From Escherichia phage vB_EcoM-VpaE1: a DNA stretch of 64,000 nt. The notes under the pieces were generated by a model. It worked only from the letters and a program-made list of their open reading frames with translations. It ran no database searches and was not told the origin of the DNA. A program made the position numbers and the translations under genes. This document shows positions 56,894 to 64,000 of this stretch, one piece after another; within the stretch, counting starts at the first letter, position 1; every line of letters begins with the position of its first letter. The stretch is taken from the sequence record KM657822; one strand, 5' to 3'.

Positions 56894-57223
56894 TTAATCT
56901 GCCAACCTTAAATTGAAATTAACACCAAATTTTTCACATACTCCCAACATATACTCAAGGGAGACGTTACCAGTGAGATGGATTATGTTGGATACACGAG
57001 CCTGAGAGATACCACAAATTTTAGCAACTTGCTCTTGAGAAAGACCTCTGGATTTAATCTCTCTCTTAAAACGATGTGCAACGAAGTCTCTCATTTCGTC
57101 TACATCCATTGGACAAATATAACTCTCCATTTCAGCCTCTCTATCAGCCTCCCAATCATCTTGTGGGGCATAAGGGTCAAAAACCTCATTCATCTTTCTT
57201 CTTCCGTTTGCGTGAAGTGTCAA
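56894..57223 (-). CDS. helix-turn-helix (XRE-like) DNA-binding protein
   Basis: LSQEQVAKICGISQARVSNI resembles an HTH_3 motif. Confidence 0.6.
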   Translation of the reverse strand: MTLHANGRRKMNEVFDPYAPQDDWEADREAEMESYICPMDVDEMRDFVAHRFKREIKSRGLSQEQVAKICGISQARVSNIIHLTGNVSLEYMLGVCEKFGVNFNLRLAD

Positions 57224-57398
57224 TCAATGAATCTATGTTTGTAGCCCTAACCTTTTCACGTTCATCATTAAGATAATCATCAAGAGCCTTTTCAATCTGT
57301 GAATCATCTTGACAGATAACTGTAAAGACTGTAAAGCCGTCTGTATCATCAATTATCTTACCATAACCGCTTCTGGGATGTAACTTTTTAAGAGCCAT
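57186..57398 (-). CDS. hypothetical protein
   Basis: ORF. Confidence 0.35.
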   Translation of the reverse strand: MALKKLHPRSGYGKIIDDTDGFTVFTVICQDDSQIEKALDDYLNDEREKVRATNIDSLIDTSRKRKKKDE

Positions 57399-57399
57399 A

Positions 57400-57783
57400 T
57401 CAAATACCTGTGCAGCTTCTGTTTTCTAAGAAATACTCAACACCATACATAGCTTTTTGCATCAAATCTTCTTTAAACTGGATACGGTGGTTGAGCATAG
57501 CCTGTACATCAATATCATCACGGTGTTTCTCTTTAATATTTGCAGATTGCAGGAAATACTCTGCAAGAACGCGATACTGATAGTCAGTTACCTTATCAGT
57601 CATCTCTGTCAAAGACTCTTCAGAGATTGGTTTAAGTAGCTCACCATTAGCCAAAGCAACACCTTTAACAATCTGGCAAGTATCTTCTGGAACACCTGAT
57701 AAGTCCACATTTGGAAGTTCTGTTGCATTGACTGGTGAATTCATTGCCATAACCATTGCAGCAGCTAATAAAATCTTTTTCAT
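57400..57783 (-). CDS. secreted/periplasmic hypothetical protein
   Basis: Signal peptide MKKILLAAAMVMAMNSPVNA. Confidence 0.5.
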   Translation of the reverse strand: MKKILLAAAMVMAMNSPVNATELPNVDLSGVPEDTCQIVKGVALANGELLKPISEESLTEMTDKVTDYQYRVLAEYFLQSANIKEKHRDDIDVQAMLNHRIQFKEDLMQKAMYGVEYFLENRSCTGI

Positions 57784-57889
57784 AATGACCTCAAAGTTAT
57801 ATTAAATTTTGTATTACATTGAGTATAAAAATAAGCTATAACACCTGACTTGTCAACAGATTTTATAGCTTATTTGGCAGATTTTTTAT

Positions 57890-58150
57890 AAGGCTACTGC
57901 CATCCTTCCATACATTACCTTACCTTACCTCACCTGACCTGACCTGACCCTACCTAACATTACCGTGCCACACCTCACTTAAAAACCCTCTTAAAAGACT
58001 CTTAAGTGATGTAATCGAATTTTTATGTAGCTCCGATTAACTACCCATACCAAGCCTAACCTGACCGCACCAAACCTTACAACACCACACCATACCTGAC
58101 CATACCAAACCTCATTAAAAGACCCTCTTAAAGACCTTTTAAAAAGGAGC
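57890..58150. repeat. G-poor ACCTTACC-type tract plus conserved palindromic module (two units)
   Basis: taccttaccttacctcacctgacctgacc... tract followed by conserved about 75-nt module cacttaaaaaccctcttaaaagactcttaagtgatgtaatcgaattttt atgtagctccgattaactacccatacc. Confidence 0.8.
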
Positions 58151-58174
58151 CTCCGAAGAGGCTACCTAGTCAAC

Positions 58175-58615
58175 TTAGAAAGGTTTTCTACGTTGCTTGT
58201 TAATGTTAGCTTTCATAGCAGCTAAATGGTTTTGCTGTTCAATCAGTCGTGAGCGTTCTTGATGGCTAAGTGCCATAGTGTTCACATTCTCAATCGCTTG
58301 AGTGGCTTGCTTTAAAGCGCGACCAATCTTACCAGACATTTTACGTTTTGCAATAGTTGCTTGATGCTTAGGTTCAACCACACGATAACCAACACCCATT
58401 GAAGCAACCAGATAAATCTTCTCTTCTTTAAGAAGCTTCTCAATAAACTTCTCAAGTCGGTTTAGACGTGTAAGCGCATAAGCCTTCATTTCATCTTCGT
58501 ACTTAACAATGTCACCTTGATAAGTTGGCTTCACAATACCTAAGAAGGTGTCCATCTCAGAGTGTGATACAGTGTCACCGTAACTAAACTTTGCTGCTAA
58601 TGCTTTTGTATTCAT
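58175..58615 (-). CDS. hypothetical protein (cassette gene 2)
   Basis: ORF flanked by repeat blocks. Confidence 0.5.
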   Translation of the reverse strand: MNTKALAAKFSYGDTVSHSEMDTFLGIVKPTYQGDIVKYEDEMKAYALTRLNRLEKFIEKLLKEEKIYLVASMGVGYRVVEPKHQATIAKRKMSGKIGRALKQATQAIENVNTMALSHQERSRLIEQQNHLAAMKANINKQRRKPF

Positions 58616-58617
58616 AA

Positions 58618-59223
<606 letters not shown>

Positions 59224-59289
59224 TTAGTTGATTGTTAAGTTGTTTGTAAAGAACCCTCAACAGAAGACTCTTTAGAAACTTGGTAGATT

Positions 59290-59700
59290 TTTAACGTGGC
59301 TACTACCATCCACCCATACCATACCGAACCTTACCTTACCAAACCAGACCGCGCCTTACCAAACCAGACCAAACATTACTTTACCCTACCTCATTAAAAG
59401 ACCCTCTTAAAGACCTTTTAAAAAGGTAAGTCTCATTTTAATGTAGCTGAGACTAACTACCCATACCTCACCCTACCAGACCAGACCTTACCCTGCCAGA
59501 CCCTACCGAACATCACTTAAAAATCCTCTTAGAAGACTCTTAAGTGATGTAATCGAATTTTAATGTAGCTCCGATTAACTACCCATACCCTGCTTTACCT
59601 TACCGTACCGTACTTTACCCTACCGTACCGAACAATACTTAACCCGACCTTACCCTACCGGACATCACTTAAAAACCCTCTTAGAAGACTCTTAAGTGAT
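59290..59700. repeat. G-poor ACCTTACC-type tracts plus conserved palindromic modules (three units)
   Basis: Same unit architecture and orientation as 57890-58150; near-identical 75-nt module at 59512-59585. Confidence 0.8.
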
Positions 59701-59915
59701 GCTGGTGAGTACCCGTTGGTTTATGATGCTCAGTATACTCACCAAATTTTCTATGTCAACAACTTTTATAAAAAAGTTCTGATAGCTATATGCGTCACGA
59801 AACAAAAGATTGTAAACAAGACACCCATTGCAAAAGATGTGTCCAAAAGCTTACTTGCAACATATGACAATACAAAGACAACCAGTATAAACAAAATGAC
59901 TGTACTGAACATAGT

Positions 59916-61019
59916 TTACTCATAATCCCTAATAACTAGCCCGACAGGGAACTGTAAAGAACCCTTACGAGTCATCTTCTGGAACTGAACCGTTAAAGGC
60001 TTCCCGATAAACTCTTCAGGATGCTCAGCAAGATACTGTTTCTTCTCATGAGTAGTCTTCCATGAGACATCTACAAAGACGTTAGGAAGAGTCTCTACAA
60101 CGAACTTGCCATGACCACGCTTATCAGTCTTTACACCAGTCACTTTAAACTCTTCAGTGTGCATCTTCTTGTGTTTAATCAAGAAGTATGAACGGTGACA
60201 ACACTCATAGAAGGAGTCTTCAGAGATTGAACGGTACATTGCACCTTCAAACTTAGCTTCAACCCACTTATCGTGAGCTTCATCAAACTCTTCCCAAGAA
60301 TTTACACGACGAGACTTAACAGGAACAACTTTACAGCCGTCTCTAAAGTCATTCAATGGTGAAGTCTCAATAATATCTCTACGTTCAGGCCATGTCTTAG
60401 TGCTATCACAGATGTCATACCAGTAGAACTTAAGAAGATGCCTGTCAGGGTTCTCTTCATTTTTAATCATGGAGACAATATCTTCCAAGTCCCATCCATG
60501 AGCATAAATCTCACCATCGAAGTGTTTAACTTTTGGGTGAAGTAGCATCATCTTGTTAATATCACCGATTAGCTCACGGGGTATATGATACTCTGTGTTC
60601 TCTCTTGAGTATGCTATGAAGCCTTGAAAAGCTATAGTATCTCGTGTAATCCTACAACGTACACCATCCAGTTTCGGTTGAGCATCAGCAGGGAACTTCA
60701 AATACTTTGCATGGCTAACCTTTGCAGCATCATGAGCAAGCTGTACACCTACCTTCTCAGTATTCTGTGCAGATTCTTTTGTGTAAGCATAACCTTTACG
60801 GTCAACTTGCTTTTTATACTTAGCAGCAACTTCAAAGAGAGCTTGCTGTTCAGCGTTACGCTCATTCTTTTTACCGATGTTTTTAGGTTCTGCTGTATAC
60901 TCTTCAAACATCATCTTGCCATTTTCTTTACCATAGGTTGTAATAACTTTGTCACCTACAGCAACGCATGACCAGACGTTGAAGGAACCATCTTTATTTT
61001 GTTTGTACAGAATTGTCAT
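59916..61019 (-). CDS. ATP-dependent DNA ligase
   Basis: Adenylation motif I PKLDGVRC (KxDG). Confidence 0.85.
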   Translation of the reverse strand: MTILYKQNKDGSFNVWSCVAVGDKVITTYGKENGKMMFEEYTAEPKNIGKKNERNAEQQALFEVAAKYKKQVDRKGYAYTKESAQNTEKVGVQLAHDAAKVSHAKYLKFPADAQPKLDGVRCRITRDTIAFQGFIAYSRENTEYHIPRELIGDINKMMLLHPKVKHFDGEIYAHGWDLEDIVSMIKNEENPDRHLLKFYWYDICDSTKTWPERRDIIETSPLNDFRDGCKVVPVKSRRVNSWEEFDEAHDKWVEAKFEGAMYRSISEDSFYECCHRSYFLIKHKKMHTEEFKVTGVKTDKRGHGKFVVETLPNVFVDVSWKTTHEKKQYLAEHPEEFIGKPLTVQFQKMTRKGSLQFPVGLVIRDYE

Positions 61020-61222
61020 TTTCTCTTACCACCAATTTCTACGTCAATAACTTGAACATCACCAGCAACATCAAACTTATGAATGATACTTTCTACAGTG
61101 TAAGTCCAATCCTCAATGCGAACCAACTCACCTTCTCGTGGGACGATTGGGTTACGTTGAGCTACCGTTGTAGTGGAGTGAACAACATCATAACGATAGA
61201 TATAGTTTACTAAAACTTGCAT
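61016..61222 (-). CDS. hypothetical protein
   Basis: ORF coupled to ligase start. Confidence 0.4.
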   Translation of the reverse strand: MQVLVNYIYRYDVVHSTTTVAQRNPIVPREGELVRIEDWTYTVESIIHKFDVAGDVQVIDVEIGGKRK

Positions 61223-61231
61223 AGTTTTCCC

Positions 61232-61450
61232 TTAAAAGGATAAGTCAATATCAATACGTTCACCCTTAAGGACTCCAGTACGGTCTTTTGCAATCTTCCC
61301 TTCAACAATAAGAATGTGTGCAGACCTTAAAGTGTCACTGTTAAAGGCTTTTACGAACTTGCTAGGCATCACTACAATACACATCTCCTGAATCAAATCT
61401 GGAGTGTAGCAGTTGTCGTGAAGTTGCTGAATAACGTCTGAAAGTGTCAT
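61232..61450 (-). CDS. hypothetical protein
   Basis: ORF. Confidence 0.4.
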   Translation of the reverse strand: MTLSDVIQQLHDNCYTPDLIQEMCIVVMPSKFVKAFNSDTLRSAHILIVEGKIAKDRTGVLKGERIDIDLSF

Positions 61451-61511
61451 ATGGCCTCCTATATAAGATATTGTATAAGGTACTCTTCCATGAGCACCTT
61501 GTCAATACTAA

Positions 61512-62066
61512 TTAGTGTACTTCAAGCCAATTCTTACCAACTTTACCAGTACCAGTTACAAGCGTTTCCTCCTTAAGCCCTAAGTTTCTTGATGCCTGAC
61601 CATACATCCAGTCAATCACTGCTTTAACATCCTGTGTCATCTCTTCTGGGCACTCCCAACTATTCTCATCGTGGTATGCCAAAAGCAATCTAGCACCAAT
61701 AGCTGGTTTTCGACCATTCAGCTTTGTAAGACCCTCTTCACAAGTTCTTCTACAAGCGAGGTTGATGGCTTCATTCTGAACCTGACTTTCCGAACCCATG
61801 AGCAGATAATTCAATAGCTTGTGTGGAGATTTACACCACAACCATGCACCAGCAACCTTTACAAAACCACCTTTAGAGATTGCAGCAGTCTTACCAAATA
61901 CCTCTTCAAGAGCCTTCTTAGTGGCTTTGAAGTCTGCTTCTAAATTATCTATCAACTTCTTAATTTTAGGGAGGCGTACAAAGTATGTTTGCTTAGTTAA
62001 AGCACCCTCCTCAGTTGTAGATGCTTTAATCGTCTTAGCAAATTTCTCATCGCCAGCCCCGAACAA
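61512..62066 (-). CDS. DNA polymerase family A, C-terminal portion (downstream exon or fragment)
   Basis: Begins inside motif B (FGAGDEKFAKTI, cf. T7 YGAGDEK), contains motif C LAYHDE and the C-terminal GKNWLEVH. Confidence 0.8.
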   Translation of the reverse strand: MFGAGDEKFAKTIKASTTEEGALTKQTYFVRLPKIKKLIDNLEADFKATKKALEEVFGKTAAISKGGFVKVAGAWLWCKSPHKLLNYLLMGSESQVQNEAINLACRRTCEEGLTKLNGRKPAIGARLLLAYHDENSWECPEEMTQDVKAVIDWMYGQASRNLGLKEETLVTGTGKVGKNWLEVH

Positions 62067-62279
62067 TACATCTGGTCAATACACTCGCAAGGTGTACCAG
62101 TTCTCTTATGAACTTCTCCGCATTTCTACGGAGTGTCGGACTATATCACGTAGCAGTGGTGCTACCGTTGCACTTGGGGATGGTCATTAGCTTACCACCC
62201 TACTCTACTCAGTTCATACGTTAAGTATGCTTTTCGATAGTCTCTGAACGTTTCTCTGTTAGGAATCTCTATAGTTATG

Positions 62280-62516
62280 TTATTTGCTTAGGTAGTCAAT
62301 TGCTCTTTGCATATTATCAACGCTATCTGCAAGCAACCCCAAAGCTCTGTTGCAATTGTGGCATAACATACCTCTTACCTTTCCGGTTTTGTGGTCATGG
62401 TCAACAACAAGCTTAGCCTTGTGTCGTGAACCATTCATGATAAAACCTTCACCGCCACAAATTTGACATTTGTAATCACAGTTGCGGAGTAGAGTTTCGA
62501 CCTCTTCTCTTTCCAA
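62280..62516 (-). CDS. HNH endonuclease (Endonuclease VII family)
   Basis: CQICGGEG...LVVDHDHKTGKVRGMLCHNCNRALG. Confidence 0.75.
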   Translation of the reverse strand: MEREEVETLLRNCDYKCQICGGEGFIMNGSRHKAKLVVDHDHKTGKVRGMLCHNCNRALGLLADSVDNMQRAIDYLSK

Positions 62517-62740
62517 GCCATATTATGTCCTTTCTCACCGCAATGTGATGAACAATAAACTTGCCTTGCTGTTCTCGGCATGAACACCTCCTCACAGCTA
62601 GGACATTTCTTAGTAAGAACCCTGTGTTCTGCCCTTCTGTCAAATTTTAACACACAACTTCTGCACCGTTTTTGATTGTATTGGTACGGTTTAAACTCCG
62701 TGCCACACTCAGTGCATAATCTCTCTTCGTAACCTGCCAT
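62435..62740 (-). CDS. zinc-finger protein, probable N-terminal part of the homing endonuclease (different frame)
   Basis: CTEC...CRSC, CPSC...CSSHC cysteine pairs; overlaps the HNH ORF by about 80 nt in another frame. Confidence 0.5.
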   Translation of the reverse strand: MAGYEERLCTECGTEFKPYQYNQKRCRSCVLKFDRRAEHRVLTKKCPSCEEVFMPRTARQVYCSSHCGEKGHNMAWKEKRSKLYSATVITNVKFVAVKVLS

Positions 62741-62807
62741 TATCTCTCTCCTTTGTTTTAGGAGTCCTAACAGAGACTTCGCTGCTGATTACCATATCTT
62801 TACAGAC

Positions 62808-63974
62808 TTAGGCTTCCAGCAATTCACAACGTTTTACATGCGCCACTGACGCATAAATGCCATTTTTGGCTTTCTTACGACCTTTGCTAATTTCTTGAAG
62901 AAGATTTGTATCCTGAGTGGCTCGACAGGTCAAGATGTCTTCCTCTTTATTAAGGCTGAAGTAGATGCTATTTAAAGTATGCGCATCAGTTCCTGAGTAC
63001 ACTACGTACAAGTCATTTTCCGAATCATAATGCAAATACTTGTCAATCTCTGGGTTTAGATACTGGTCAAAATGTTTGCAATAGTACCTGCCATCCTCTT
63101 GTTTGACGAACTCAACCTCTTCTTTACCCTCTGTTACTGCTTTAGTGAACTCTTTATCACCCATAAAGTTACACAGCAGTACAAGTTGCGCGCTATTCAT
63201 ATCTGCTGAAACAATATTAGTTCCTTCCTCACAAGTCCAAACCTCCCTCATAGGTGCTCCATAGACAGCAGCACCAGACGGTACGTTTACAATACCATAT
63301 TGTGTCATACGTCCAGTTGAAGTACCAAACACCATTGCACCAGCACTAAGGCGACCATCAGGACGAATCTGGTTCAACCAACCTTTTTCATCATCCTTTG
63401 AGTTCTCAATAGTTCTGCGTCGGTGCATCAAAGTATAGTATTTCGCAATCTTCTGTCCAAGCTCACCTTCAATCGTATCATAGGATGATTCGGTAAGTTT
63501 TGGTGAAGTACGGATTAAGCAAGGTTCAAGCAAATCTGTGTACTTCTTAACAGACCAGTTATGCTCAATGTACTGTACACCTTCGTGCTCAACATAACTC
63601 AAACCACACCGCTCGACCATTTCCTGCCACTTAGGATGCTTTGTAATCATCTTTTTATTGTCTTTGAAACGACAAACTTTGACAGGGCGACCGTCTGAGT
63701 CTTTCTTGTAGTTCCAGTCATCTGGAATCCAACCAACTGATTTCAAGTAGTCTTTAACAACTGCTACCTGAGTCATACGAGAAACTTCAAACTCAATTGG
63801 TGTATATGGTGCATCAATCAAACCTGTGTAGCGACTTGACTCAAGTCCAAAGTGGTTAACAACGTGGCTGTTATAGTACTTCACAGTTTTGACTGTTTTT
63901 ACTGGCTTCCAGTCTTTGCATTTCTTACCAATCTTTGCGTTCAACTCATTGCAAATTGCACGAGCATCCTTCAT
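62808..63974 (-). CDS. DNA polymerase family A, N-terminal/middle portion (truncated by window end)
   Basis: PolA blocks GTSTGRMTQYG..NVP and motif A-like VSADMNSAQLVLL; ends with RKKAKNGIYAS aligning to the first half of motif B. Confidence 0.8.
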   Translation of the reverse strand: MKDARAICNELNAKIGKKCKDWKPVKTVKTVKYYNSHVVNHFGLESSRYTGLIDAPYTPIEFEVSRMTQVAVVKDYLKSVGWIPDDWNYKKDSDGRPVKVCRFKDNKKMITKHPKWQEMVERCGLSYVEHEGVQYIEHNWSVKKYTDLLEPCLIRTSPKLTESSYDTIEGELGQKIAKYYTLMHRRRTIENSKDDEKGWLNQIRPDGRLSAGAMVFGTSTGRMTQYGIVNVPSGAAVYGAPMREVWTCEEGTNIVSADMNSAQLVLLCNFMGDKEFTKAVTEGKEEVEFVKQEDGRYYCKHFDQYLNPEIDKYLHYDSENDLYVVYSGTDAHTLNSIYFSLNKEEDILTCRATQDTNLLQEISKGRKKAKNGIYASVAHVKRCELLEA

Positions 63975-64000
63975 TGCTACAAAGCCTTCCTTGTACTCTT

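Larger units (their letters stand above)
62067..62807 (-). mobile_element. intervening sequence in DNA polymerase gene carrying an HNH endonuclease (group I intron or free-standing homing endonuclease insert)
   Basis: About 740 bp separates polymerase motif B halves; contains a zinc-finger + Endonuclease VII-type HNH ORF and GC-rich hairpins. Confidence 0.6.

Noticed and set aside
59716-59925. 69-aa plus-strand ORF between repeat block and ligase
   Set aside because: Opposite strand to all neighbours, no RBS, overlaps ligase stop; likely spurious.

Overview
This window is a contiguous piece of a tailed dsDNA phage genome, myovirus-like, with gene content and order that resemble Felix O1-like (Ounavirinae) phages; that assignment is inference, no database search was possible. 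Left to right: rIIA and rIIB; a block of small plus-strand genes (5.4-13.5 kb), each preceded by a conserved hairpin/promoter/RBS cassette; a 1.7 kb ORF-free repeat array; a minus-strand block (15.3-23.2 kb) that includes a lysozyme; a Ro60/Rsr (TROVE+vWA) ortholog; a cluster of 26 tRNA genes (25.5-30.3 kb); the structural module (terminase, portal, protease, capsid, sheath, tube, tape measure, baseplate, two fibers); and a minus-strand nucleotide-metabolism/replication block (thymidylate synthase, DHFR, DNA ligase, family-A DNA polymerase). The main candidate for an undescribed system is the Ro60 ortholog sitting directly upstream of a tRNA cluster that contains a tRNA-like module lacking an anticodon arm, enclosed by a helix whose sequence co-varies across four spacer elements, i.e. 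a possible phage Ro60-Y RNA ribonucleoprotein. Other notable items are the 1.7 kb array of about 28 same-strand YTGTTAR motifs with roughly helical phasing, a TARG1/DarG-type macrodomain protein, a DNA polymerase gene interrupted inside motif B by an HNH endonuclease insert, and G-poor telomere-like repeat blocks flanking a two-gene cassette. All coordinates come from manual reading; tRNA boundaries and identities are from hand folding and may be off by 1-3 nt.
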